Under the pieces are notes generated by a model. It was not told the DNA's origin. It made no database searches and saw nothing but the letters and a program-made list of their open reading frames with translations. A stretch of 64,000 nucleotides of DNA from Bugula neritina (taxonomy: Eukaryota; Animalia; Bryozoa), in contig OZ037767.1 of the NCBI GenBank assembly GCA_964035545.1, positions 16,861,781 to 16,925,780 on the forward strand. Reading direction: 5' to 3'. The translations under genes and the position numbers were made by a program. Numbering within the stretch: position 1 is the stretch's first letter; the number at the start of each line of letters is the position of its first letter. Below are positions 40,441 through 53,700 of this stretch, one piece after another.

Positions 40441-43400
40441 ACCCATATAAATTAAGGTTTATGTAGAACTGCTGAAACATTCGGGGTACAGGAAATGGTT
40501 GTGAACAATCTGAAGTTGATACAAGACGCCAACTTCCTGTCTACGTCAGTGACTGCTCATCAGTGGATTTCTATGAAACAAGTAAGGCGTGTGTTGACCT
40601 ATTATATACTGCAGAGGGAAAACTATCCACAGGTGTCATTCTCACTGCTAACATGAGTATTGTTTTAGGTTCCTGCGCACTGCCTCCCACAGTACTTGAA
40701 CACGATGAGAGAAGAATATGACTACACCATAGTTGCTCTGGAGCAGACCACCAACAGTAAACCACTAACTCACTATAACATGCCAGCTAAGACTCTCCTA
40801 CTTCTCGGGTACAGTTTCACTGTTCAAGATTATGAGTTTTCTGCTGCTTTAAACAGCCTTTATCCATCTTGTTTGTTGGTTGACAATAACTAGATTCCAT
40901 TAGTCTCTAAATTGTCTATAGCTATCAACAGTTTTGATGAAAAATTTAATTTCCTTATTAGACTTATTACACGTACAGGTTTGTGATGAATATATTGCAG
41001 TTAAATTTATCCTTTGCTTTGGTGTCCCTACATAGAGATGTGATCAGCAATATAAACTAAAGCTGACCTATATTTGCATTAAATTCTACCTCTCTAAACA
41101 CCTAACTTAGGTCACTTTTGATGTTTGACCTCCTTATAAGCCTGATGGCTACCAGTCAAAAGAGTTAACCATATTTGACTATTCATTGTATTTTAGCAAT
41201 GAGAAAGAAGGAATTCCTGCAGAGCTCATACAGCTAGCTGATGTCTGCATTATAGAAATATCATGACAAGGAATTATTCGCTCTCTTAATGTTCATGTCA
41301 GTGGAGCTCTTTTGATATGGGAGTACAGAAAACAACGTCTGTTCGAACAGGAAGTCAGTGCAAAAACCTCATGGCACAATGCATTATTATCATTTACGGA
41401 ATGAAGGCAAATTAAAATTAAGCAGCAAAAGTGTTTTAGTCAACAATCACCTAGTGTAGTAATATGGGTATGGGGCTCTAAAGAACACTGTTTTTATTGA
41501 TTCGTTAAATGATTCTGTCAAAAGACCAATGAGATAATATTTGTCATGTTATTTTATTTTGGTAATAAATCATATCACAAAAATGTTGATAAAATAAGTC
41601 AATATTATAGTTTTATTTAAAAATGGCAATAACAGTATCCAGGAACTAAGTTACTTCATATTGAAACAACTAACAAATTGCCAAACATTATTTTTTAACT
41701 ATACAATTATTATAAGGATTACACACAGTTCTTTTTTACGTTTAAATTGCATAGTAAGCAGGTATCACATATATTTAGTTGGACTATAAAGCTTTCCTTT
41801 CTATGATAGCATTGTATTAATGAAAGGAGAATAATAAAATGCTTCCACCTCAATATGAGCAATTTAAAACATTGAGAAGTGTGCTTAATTGTACCTAAAT
41901 GTTTATATATTCAAAAACCTGCTAACTTGAAATTTCAGTCTGCTACATGAACCCACTACAAACACAACATAAATTTTTAGTTGCTATTACTCTCCAATGA
42001 CCAGTAGCTTAAAAGCAGAGCTTTGGGAGACAGAACTAGTAGCTAGCACATCGCTTTAGGCAGCACTTTTTTAAACATCTTAATTCAAACTATCCAGTGC
42101 TTGCTGGTAAATGAAGGAAGAAGGTATGATGAAGGGCTTTGTGTGTCGTCATGCCACCAGCAGTTGAAGGACCTTCAAAGAATAGTAGACTAAAAATTTA
42201 GCAGATTAACATTAGAAGTCATGTAGAGAAGGTGATGCAGAGAATATGAAACATTCAGGTTCATCAACAATGTTGTCACAGTTTCATTAGTTTTTGAGCT
42301 ATGTATTACAAATATACAGGGTTTAACAATAAAAGATGGGGTACAGCTACGTATGTAAATAGAAAAACGCATCAACTATATATAATACAGTTCAATTGGT
42401 ATATATAGCAAAATATTCACAACTTAAAATGTAACTTTTAATTGGCTTTAGTTTTGGTATATTGTATTATATTAATGAGCCCATTGGGGAATATTACCTC
42501 CTGTGTTTGTATGCGTGTGGGTGTGTTTGTGTGTGTGAGTTCGTGAGTGTGTGTGTGCAGGCGTGGATATATGAACAAGTTTTGCCACCGAGATTCAAGC
42601 CAGTGCGTGAATATGCTCACTTAAGGAACTTTCGATGGTGTGTAAGCACAAACAATACAAAAACAAACGGAATTGTAAACTAAATTATTCTATCACAACT
42701 ACCTGAAGAGTATATGTACTATCACGAGATTATGTTGTTATACGAAACAGAGCTGTAGCCAAATAGATAATCGATTATATGTAATTTTATCCAATATAGT
42801 ACAATTCAATAATATGACTACTCCATTTTGTAATCAGGTATGAAAACTTTAAGTTCCTTTTAATTAATTTTTACTCACAGATACGAGTGTGCAGTTGTTT
42901 ACACACAAGAACTGCAGAAATAGAGAAAAATACCCCTTAATTCCAAGATAGTAAAGTTGTTTACTAATCGACAGTGGTAACAACCACAATGAGTCATACA
43001 TGTATTGAAATAAGTAAAGGACCCTTTAAAATCAAAGTTTGGCAACTATAAATTGTCAATTAATTACCACTAAGAAAAAGCAAACCAACAAAAGCTTAGT
43101 AACTATACATTTGGAACACAAGTAAAAAAAACAATGAGTACACTGTAGGTGAACTAGAAAATAGCCATTAGTTTTCCTTGCTATCTGATATCTAACATGC
43201 CCTAGTATGGTGGACCAATCATCAATTTTAACAACTTTAAAAGCAGTTTTTGAATTTTGTTTCATGGTTCTTAACTTTGTATGTTAAACAACTAAAAGAA
43301 AACCAGCATTTTATACTTTGTATTACAGTCTTAATGATCATACTGAGTCAGCTTTATACCAATACATATACGAATATTTGGTACTAGCTACTGCTTATAA

Positions 43401-43550
43401 ATTACAAAAGCTAATTTTATCTTGCAATATTATCTGTAAAGCTTTTTTCTTGAGCTAGACTGGGCTTGGGGATCACACTTCTTTTGGGCCGGGGTTAGTG
43501 CCTGTTCCACTACTAGTTGTTAAATTGCAAATTCAATTGCAAAGCTAAAA

Positions 43551-43580
43551 TGACTCAGCTTGACTCAGCTTGACTCAGCT
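43551..43580. promoter_or_regulatory. Triple tandem TGACTCAGCT (AP-1 / CNC-sMaf ARE-like sites)
   Basis: Three perfect 10-bp copies containing TGACTCA followed by GC. Confidence 0.35.
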
Positions 43581-44379
43581 ATATAGCTAGCTACTGTTAC
43601 CTATTAAGCTCTCACATTATTTTGAGCTAATATCTTAATCAGTATCCTACTAGGCATAGATAGACCTACAAGGTAGCTATTTTGTATTCTATTACATAAT
43701 TCTACATTCAAGTTTTGTTTTTTTTATAATTCACAGTGTTGTAGCTTCAAAAGAATAATGATATAATATCTTGTATTTATGTTTTTGTATTACGGTCAGT
43801 TGATCATTTATTATATAGTTAATATTGTTTAATAGGTTTCAAGGTTGTTAAACCACCAGTTTCAGATTAACAATAAAGATGAAATACAACCCGTGAGCCT
43901 TTCTGGCCTAGTGGTTTATTCAACTGGCAACCTTGAAGTATAAACTTCATATTATCTGTACCTCTACAATGCTGAAGGCTGTTAAATCCCAAATCTTACT
44001 CTGAAACATACAGATGTTGAATCTTTTCAGATATGGGAAATTACCATATGAGCATGCAGTGCTTGTAAAAGAAAATGCCTGGTAGCTCTAGCCCAAATGC
44101 ACTTATCAATTTAGCTATGTGATGCAGACACATGACTGCAAGTTTGGCTCAATAAAAGACGTCAGGAGCTATCCACTATAAAATATTAACATCCTTTTTG
44201 AGTTTTGCTGTGGTGTTCCAGCATAAGCTGCTCAGTTTTGTCCATGCTTTAATATAACTAAAAAATTTCTTTACAGAAAAATCAGTGGCCACTATAAGCT
44301 TATACCAGTTTTAAGAAAAATCAGTTTCTCATGGAAACTCAAAAAAAATACTTGGACCAGTATCAAATATATAACCGTA

Positions 44380-47300
44380 CCAAGAGTTTACTGAACAACC
44401 ACCAACCATATTTGGGCAAAATGGAGATTTTTCTCTAGTGATGAGGATACACCTCCGAGTGAGACAAGGTATAAATTGTTCTCTCTCTAAACCTGTGAAG
44501 TGCCATGTTCAACATAATAAAAATCTCCATTCATTCAAGATGGATGAGATGCTATACATTAAATAAGATGCAGCTCAAGCCAGCGAGTATTGGTTATAAA
44601 GTTTCACATAGTATGAGTGCTCCTATATTTAATAAAGGTTCAGGGAAGTGATTTTAATTTATACTTTAACAAATAAAATTGCCATTCAATTGTGTATGAT
44701 GTCACCATGTGACCAAAATGTTGGTAAGACACCACAGGTGGATGTGGATGTAAAGTTACAAATCAACTCCTATATAAGGTACTGTACTGCTTCAGGTCCT
44801 ACCAGCACTTGAAGTGTTGCCAGTCGTTTAGCGTAAAGGAACTATAAGTGCCACTAATTTCATGGAGTCATTCACTTGTGAACAAAAGTAAAGAAGTGAC
44901 ACTGCATCGCATATGCACAAATTTATGAAATATGAAATATATACAAGTATATGCTGAAAATCAGGTATGTCTCTCTCATTCAACATCTCTATTTTTATGC
45001 TGCGCTACCTCTTTTGCTCTCAAAGGAAAAACTAGCTCAAAGATGGACACTTTTGAAAGTAGGGCTTTAAAAAATTGAAGATATCAACAAAAATGAAAAA
45101 ACCACTCACAAAATCATCTCTCAAGCAAAGACTTTATAAAAAAATTGTAATAGAGCTATATCGCTTGCTAGAAAAAATAATAAAATAAAGCAAAATGATA
45201 AGTGCTAAGATAATGAGAAATGAAGAGACGTTTTTGTCAAAAAACATCTAAAATTTAATTGATGCCTACTACCTACAAGTAGACTTGGTTTTAAAAGCAA
45301 TTACAAAGCTGTGTTGCTTTTATGCTCGTGAACCTTAGTTTCAATTTTTAACGTGCAAGAGTCGAGAAAAGAAGAATGCTAATATCATGCTGATTTATTT
45401 CATCTTTCTTTAAAACTAGAAAGAGTTTCACTAAAACTGTCACCGAATTACAAGTTACAGAAGTTTATGGAAAAAAGAATATAAAAGAAAAACCCATTAC
45501 CCTGAAAAAAATATTTTTAGCAGTTTAACATCTGGTTACCAACCCCAGCTCTATTCTAACTTCTAGCTCAACCATGTCAGACTTAAAGTTTGCCACTCAT
45601 GCAGCTATGAGCTCTGCCTCTCTACAATTCAGCAATCAGTCTGGCTCAGAGAATGCTAACAGCCTTGAGCTCAGCTTCAGTGTAAACTGGCAGTTTTGCT
45701 GTGACCTTGGCTTAAATGTGGTTTTTACTGCTACGAATATAACTATACCAGCAGTTTACCGAACACCTCCTAGTCATGGTTGGACGGTTGGAGAGTTTCC
45801 TCTTTAGTGATGAGGATACACCTCCAAGTGAGACAAGGTAAAAGTTTTTTCTTTTTGAACCTGTCTTGTGCCATATATAAATAATGAAAAAAAAATCAAT
45901 TTATTTAGGATGGATGAAATGCCATGCATTGAACAATCGGCAACTAAATCTAGCTATAGAAACAGTTATAAAGTTTCACATAGCATGAGCACTTCCACAT
46001 TAGGTTTAAGGAAATGGTTATAAACTATATTTAAAAAAATAAACTTGCCATTCAACCGCGTATCATGTCATCATGTGACCAAAATACTCGTAAGACACAC
46101 GTTAATGTCAAGTTCTGAGCTAACTCCCATATAAGATAGTGTATTTTGGAGCACCCATAGCAAATATAACACTGCTGAATGCTAAATATTGCAACTTTCT
46201 TTCTCTCTTCACTTCAGCTCAGCTCAGCTCAAAGCGCCTGCTCTGTAGTTACCAGGCCTGGGAGTGTGCATCACTCTTTAGAAAACAGGAGCCGAGTTTG
46301 ACATAACTCACAGAACCCTTCTTTTGTGAGCAGAAAAAGGAACATTACACAGTATTATAAATATTCATTGCTAATGACAAAGGTATAAAGTGTATGCTAA
46401 GGATCCTCTTAGTTCTGCATTCATTTCTGTTTTTACGTTGTAGTTGTATCCCGTACACAGGCCATATCTTCTATCATGTATTTAGGTCACATGTTAATTT
46501 AGGTCACATCTGCTCACCAATGTGGACGTCGAGGCAGGTGTTAGGGTTTCCTGTCAGACGTGCACTGATGAGGCAACTTAGTGAATCCAACTTCTTGTCT
46601 CTGAAAAATCAACTCCTTGAAGAGGTAAGAAAATTGCGGTGATAGTGTACTGAGCTGCCTGTTGATATACTGAGATGGTATACTGTTCTTACAGTAAAAC
46701 CTCGATTTTACTTAGAGTGAAACCTAGCTCTGAGTGTACTTTAGTCATCCCACAGAGAAAAAATTGCGCAGACCTAAGAGGACTCCATTCACCATTAGCC
46801 ATGTACGCCGGGCTGCGCGAGAAATGGCAGTAAAAGTTGTAGTGGCAAGTAGTTTTAGAGTTATATAACACAATGCAGGGGTCATTCATCTTGTATTTTG
46901 TATATAGGTTATATCTTGCATTCTGTATATAGGTCACATGTTGTATATAGGTCACATCTGCTTGCCAATGTGGACGTCGAAGCAGGCCTATGGCTTCACA
47001 TTTGATCTCGATTCGTCACTAAGAGAATTCAGATTGCGTGCCGTCTTACTTTTACTAGTAGTATCATATCGATATTTTCTAATTCTTTGCTTCTCCACAG
47101 TCAGGTTGGTTTTTACTTGCATATACTAGTGCTCTGAAGTCACAGTTTAAATGAAATAATTTTAAAAGATGCGACGTCTAATCAATTAAATAAAGGTTTT
47201 TGTGATGAACAGATATATGTAATTATATCAACAGTTTACCCTACATCCACCAGCCATGCTTGGGCGACTGTGGAATTTTCTCACTGGTGATAAAGATGCA

Positions 47301-49050
47301 CTTCTGAGTCAGACCAGTTGATAATTGTTTCTTTCTAAACCATTGCTATACCATGCATAAATTGTTAAAAATCTCTTACTCATATACGATGGATGGATCA
47401 AATTGCCATTCAACTGCACAATTATGATACTGTCATGCACAAAAGTAGGTCACCACGTATTAATGTAAAGTTGCAAATCACCCCCATATAAGGTACTGTA
47501 TTTAGGCGTATCCAAAGGAAATATATGCAACACTGCTGCAGGCTGCATATTGTAACATCCATTCTGTTTTTATTTCAGCTCTGCTCAAAGCACCTGCTTA
47601 AGTGCAACCAGCCCTGGGGGTGTGCATAAACTTGTTAGTGTAAAAAACACTGTCAGCCACTCCAATCTTGCAAAGCCCTTCTCTTAAAAGCAAGGGTAAA
47701 AATTTAAACTGTACTATAAGTATTGATTGCTAATACCAAAGGTATAAAGTGCATGCTGAAAATGATATCCGTTCTACTCCTATCTCGGTTTTTGAAGAGC
47801 GAAACCCCAATCTTCTTCAAAGTGGGACCTGGCTCAGAGTTTAATCTGGTCGTTCCATAGAGCCAGAAATCTCGTGGACCCAAGATGTATGCTGAAAATT
47901 GTTTCCGTTTTCACACGGTGAAACCACAATCTTCCTCAAAGTGAGACCTAGATCACAGTTTACTCTGATCATTTTACAGATGAAAAAATCATGTAGACCC
48001 AGGACACCCCTCACAATCAGTCCTGCTAGCCGGGCTACTCGAGAAAAGTCAGTAACAGAAGTGGTGGCGGCAAGTAGTTTCATAGTCTTAAAATTTACAT
48101 AACACAATACAGGAATCATTTATATCATGTTGTACTCTGCATATAAGTCACATCTAGTTACCACTGTGGATGCGGAGACAGGAGTTGAGAGGCCAAGTTA
48201 GAATTGTGCTGAGCAGCTCCCTAATGCATTTAACTGCACGCCTTTATCTGGGAAACAAGGTTTTAGAAATGGTGGGAAATTGTAGTAAATTCAGGTTAAC
48301 AGGTCAGGACGTTGATTAGAGTACTGTAGGTAACTATTAAAGTAGCGTTTTACATCATTATTACATCGTAATATATTATGTGATACGTTTAATGTTGCTA
48401 TCTTTATTACAATAAAGTATTGTCATATAAGTTATAATATTTAGTTGTAGGGCCTGCATGTATAAATGCAAAACATAGATCACCCATTTGGCTATAACTT
48501 TCAACAAAAACCTAGACACCTTATAAACATTCAAAGAGTTGCGTTTGAAAATCAATATAGGCAATTTACTATGCCCATCGTACCTGTAAACATCTGTACA
48601 CACACCTTTATTGGCAAATAGCTCACACCTGCACACCAATGTGAACATTGAGACAGGAGTTGTGAGATTCTGTAGGACATTTGCCGATCAGTCTGCTCAG
48701 TGCATTCAACCAATTGTTTCTGAGAAAAACAACTGCCAGAATTGGTAGAAGATTGTAATGGATTCAAGCTGGTTAAATGTCATATAAAACTATACAACAT
48801 GTTTATATCCTAATGCAGCCAGAGTCCAGTCGCCTAAAAGTTGAGAAAAATTGTTGCAGGGAAAAAATGTTCGTTTTGACAATACCCTAAGCAGCCGCAA
48901 GCCGAGCAGCAACAAAGACGTTGCTGTACAACATGAGACAGCGTATGGAGTCCTGCGGTGGTGAGTTCAGCAGCCTGTCCCATGCAATCACCTGTGCCCA
49001 TGAAAACGTTTTTGCTCTGCCAATGTTATACTGTTTGGAGCAGCAAACAG
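44380..49050 (+). pseudogene. Older decayed exon 1-5 paralogs upstream of copy B
   Basis: Exon-1-like at ~44408 (ATA), 45776 and 47256; exon-2-like at ~46220 and ~47579; exon-3-like at ~46694 and ~47918; exon-5-like at 48818-49050. Lesions are as in the other blocks. Confidence 0.7.
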
Positions 49051-50794
49051 GTTTGTAAGGAACTATTATACTAACATTTCACATAATTATTACATTATAT
49101 TATGAGATATATTACATAGTACGCGATCTTTATTACAATGCATTATTGCCATTATTTATATTATTATAATGAATATTTACTATTAATATTATGCATTTTT
49201 AGTTGTTTTACATATCCTATTGTTTCCATCAATTTTCAAAGATTTATGTGATTGCCATCCACAGTATACAATTAGAAAATGTGACTGAAAAGTCACTTAG
49301 CTGGACACAAAAGAGGCTTTCGGAGAAAAAAAAAAGAATGTAAAAAAGATTACTCTGAAAAATGCTAGTCAACACTGTGATGTTCTGTACAAAGCATTAT
49401 TATGCTATCACTAGAATAGGAGAATAGCCAACACGGTGAGTGAAGAGCACGGCAACAAGTGCTGCTTCAGATGCTACTATCAGGTTAAGTGTCACCATTC
49501 TTTAGAAATAAAAGAACCACAAGCCACTAATTTTAAGGAGTCATTCTACCCTGAGCAGAGGTAACAAAGTTACACTTTATTATATGCACTGTTTTCTACT
49601 ACCAGTGATATAAAATATATACAGGGTAAATGCTGAAAGTCAATTATCCTGCCCTCAATCCATATCTGCATATATATGCTGTGAAACCTGATATTTTCTT
49701 AAAGTAAAAACTAGCTCAAATAATGACTGATGTGAAAACTGGGCTTGAAAAACAGACGAGTGTGTCAAACACAACCAAAAACCTAAATGAAAGCTTGCAA
49801 CTTGTCAACTATCAGAAAGAAGAACAAGAAGAGCCAAAATTTATATCAAAAACCTCTTTTGCCACAACATGAAAAAACTCACTTCCCAGCTTGTTATCTA
49901 TCCAGGTATTGCTCGTTTCATAAAATAGGGTCACTATTTGAGCATCTAACACTAGCAAGCTAATCTCATGTTTTCATAAATTACAGAAGCTATTTCATGT
50001 GTCGTAGGGTATTTTTTTGCAAAATGTTTAAAACTGTACTACTCTTTCTCTCTTAAATTATTTGCAGATGTGAAACACCCGCGAATTATATGAGATGTTG
50101 ACAAGCACAAGCCTTGTTGGTGGCCAAAGAGCCAAAGGTTTGACACACCGTGGAAGATTAAAGATGAGAGAAGATGATGTGTAAATGTCATAAAATGAAA
50201 AGTATCAGTTAACTATGTTTCAGTAACATCATCTATTTCTAAGCAATGCATAGTAAGCAGTGTTAAGATAATCTATGCAAGTTTTAATATGTTTAATCAA
50301 TGTGCTTATCGAAAACAAAGTACACTGGAAATTCTTACTAGTGCTTTAAAATGGTATGAGGTAAGTTTTGAAAGGAACTTCCCATTTTATATCATTCCCC
50401 TGCAAAAGATATTCCCAATATTAACAATTGACAAAGTATTCAAATTTTGGTGTTATTGCAGTCAAATTAAAGACTTAATTAAAGTGATTTGTATGACGCA
50501 TGCATTTCTTTTATGCAAAATTACTTGTCACTTTTATACTCATGGTTGTAGTATACTTGTAAAAGTCTTTTATATTGCTTTGTGAATAGTGGTATTCATT
50601 TAAAGCCAATGCTTTTTGAACTAGTAAAATAAACTTGGTATTAAATTAATCTTGTAAAAACCAATTATTTTGTTTCATTATGCAATCATTTGAATTGTCA
50701 GCTTCATTCTAGATGCATTAATCTAAGTCTAACTGTTGATTCATAATACCACAGTAAAAAACTTAAATTTTTGTTTAAAAGTTCTTTATAATGT

Positions 50795-53700
50795 GCTAGA
50801 TGTAGCACAAAAGTTTCTTGTTAGACGTGCACTGATCAGGCGACCCAGCGCATCCAACTTCATAACTCTGAAAAAATAAACCCCCTGAAGAGGTAAGAAA
50901 ATTGTGCTGACAATGCACTGAGCTACCTGTCAGTTTACTGCGAAGGTATACTGTTCTTGCAGTGAGACCTCGATCTTTTTCGGAGTGAAAACTAGCTCTG
51001 AGTTCATTTTAGTCCTTCCACAGAGAAAAAATTGCGCAGACCCAGGAGGACTCCATTCACCATTAGCCATGTACGCCGGGCTGCGCGAGAAACGTGAGTA
51101 AAAGTTGTAGTGGCAAGTAATTTTAGAGTTATATAACACAATGCAGGGGTCATGCATCCATCTTGTAAATAGGTTATATCTTATATCCTGTATATAGGTC
51201 ACATGTCGTATATAGGTTACATCTGCTCACCAATTTGCACGTCAAAGCAGGTGCTATAGTTTCCCGTCAGACATGCGCTGATCAGACGACTTAGTACACC
51301 CAAGTTTCTGTCTCTAAAGAAATCAACTCCATGAAGAGGTAAAAAAAGTGTGCTGACAATGCACTGAGCTACCTGTCAGTTTACTGAAATGGTATACTGT
51401 TCTTGCAGTGAGACCTCAATCTTTTTCAGAGTAAAAACTAGCTCTGAGTTTACTTTAGTCATTCCACCGAGAAAAAAATTGCGCAGACCCAGGAGGACTC
51501 CATTCACCATTAGCCATGTACGCCGAGCTGCGCAAGAAATGGGAGTAAAAGTTGTAGTGACAAGTAGTTTTAGAGTTATATAACACAATGCAGGGGTCAT
51601 GCATCCATCTTGTAAATAGGTTATATCTTGTATCCTGTATATAGGTCAGATGTTGTACATAGGTCACATCTGCCCACCAATGTGCAAATCGATGCAGGTG
51701 TTAAGGTTTCCTGTCAGACATGCGCTGATCAGACGACTTAGTGCATCTAACTTCATGTCTCTGAAGAAATCAACTCCCTGAAGAGGTAAGAAAATTGTGC
51801 TGACAGTGCACTGAGCTACCTGTCTGTTTACTGGGATGGTATACTGTTTTTTTGCAGAGAGACCTCGATCTTTTTCAGAGTAAAAACCAGCTCTGAGTTC
51901 ATTTTAGTCATTCAACAGAAAAAAAATTGCGCAGACCCAGGAGGACTCCATTCACCATTAGCCATGTACGCCGGGCTGCGCGAGAAAGGTGAGTAAAAGT
52001 TGTAGTGGCAAGTAATTTTAGAGCTATATAACACAATGCAGGGGTCATGCATCCATCTTGTAAATAGCTTATATCTTGTATCCTGTATATAGGTCACATG
52101 TTGTATTTAGGTCACATCTGCCCACCAATGTGCAAATCGATGCAGGTGTCAAGGCTTCCTGTCAGACATGCGCTGATCAGACGACTTAGTGCATCCAACT
52201 TCCTGTCTCTGAAGAAATCAACTCCCTGAAGAGGTAAGAAAATTGTGCTGACAGTGCACTGAGCTACCTGTCTGTTTACTGGGATGGTATACTGTTTTTT
52301 TGCAGTAAGACCTCAATCTTTTTCAGAGTAAAAACTAGCTCTGAGTTTACTTTAGTCATTCCACCGAGAAAAAAATTGCGCAGACCCAGGAGGACTCCAT
52401 TTACCATTAGCCATGTACGCCGAGCTGCGCAAGAAATGGGAGTAAAAGTTATAGTGACAAGTAGTTTTAGAGTTATATAACACAATGCAGGGGTCATCAA
52501 TATTTAATGATTTTGTATATAGGTTATATCTTGTATCCTGTATATAGGCCACATCTTGTATCTTGTTTATATGTCATGCCATGTATCCCGTAAGTAGGTT
52601 ACATTTTGTATCCTGTATATAGGTCACATGTTGTATATAGGTCACATCTGCCCACCAATGTGCAAGTCGATGCAGGTGTTAAGGTTTCCTGTCAGACATG
52701 CGCTGATCAGACGACTTAGTGCATCCAACTTCCTGTCTCTAAAAAAATCAACTCTCTGAAAGGGTAAGAAAATTGTGCTGACAGTGCACTGAGCTACCTG
52801 TCAGTTTACTGAGATGGTATCCTGTTTTTGCAGAGAGACCTCAATCTTTTTCAGAGATAAAACTAGCTCTGAGTTCATTTTAGTCATTCCACAGAGAAAA
52901 AAATTGCGCAAACCCAGGAGGACTCCATTCACCATTAGCCATGTACTCTGGGCTGCACGAGAAAAGTGAGTAAAAGTTGTAGTGGCAAGTAGTTTTAGAG
53001 TTATATAACGCAATGCAGGGGTCATGCATCCATCTTGTAAATAGGTTATATCTTGTATCCTGTATATAGGTCACATCTGCTCACCAATGTGGACGTCGAG
53101 GCAGGTGTTAAGGTTTCCTGTCAGACATGCGCTGATCAGACCACTTAGTGCATCCAACTTTTTGTCTCTGAAAAAATCAACTCCCTGAAGATATAAGAAA
53201 ATTGTGCTGACATGCACTGAGCTACCTGTCAGTTTACTGAGATGGTATACTGTTCTTGCAGTGAGACCTCGATCATTTTCAAAGTAAAAACTAGCTCCGA
53301 GTTCATTTTAGTCATTCCACCAAGAAAAAAACTGCGCAGACCCAGGAGGACTCCATTCACCATTAGCCATGTACGCCGGGCTGCGCAAGAAATAGGAGTA
53401 AAAGCTGTAGTGACAAGTAGTTTTAGAGTTATATAACACAATGCAGGGGTCATTCATCTTGTATTTTGTATATAAGTTATATCTTGCATTCTGTATATAG
53501 GTCTTATGTTGTATATAGGTCACATCTGCTTGCCAATGTGGACGTCGAAGCAGGTGTTGAGGTTTATGTGCACATAATGATTATGATGTAATAAACCTAT
53601 GGCTTCACATTTGATCTCGATTTGTCTGTAAGAGAATCCTTTTTGCTGTCTTACTATTAGTATTATATCGATATATCTAATTCTTTGCTTTTCCACAGTC

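Larger units (their letters stand above)
38988..41404 (+). pseudogene. TARBP1: TARBP1/Trm3 tRNA Gm18 2'-O-methyltransferase C-terminal SpoU (SPOUT) domain, 4-exon pseudogene fragment
   Basis: Exons ~38988-39085, 40457-40581, 40669-40808 and 41197-41404 translate to LILVTFIIEKLPN(L)G/GLCRTAETFG../..[58 protein letters not shown], the recognisable TARBP1 C-terminus. Lesions: a 1-nt deletion in the NLGG motif (~39080) and an in-frame TGA at 41264. No upstream exons were seen. Confidence 0.85.

Noticed and set aside
41264-41266. Selenocysteine or readthrough TGA in TARBP1
   Set aside because: It aligns to a non-Cys position (IPQQG) and co-occurs with a frameshift and other damage.
50795-53560. 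Dscam-like mutually exclusive exon array
   Set aside because: Full-length exon-4 copies have an in-frame TAG, and five of six exon-3 copies have lost the donor or the frame. The array also lies upstream of the live exon 1.
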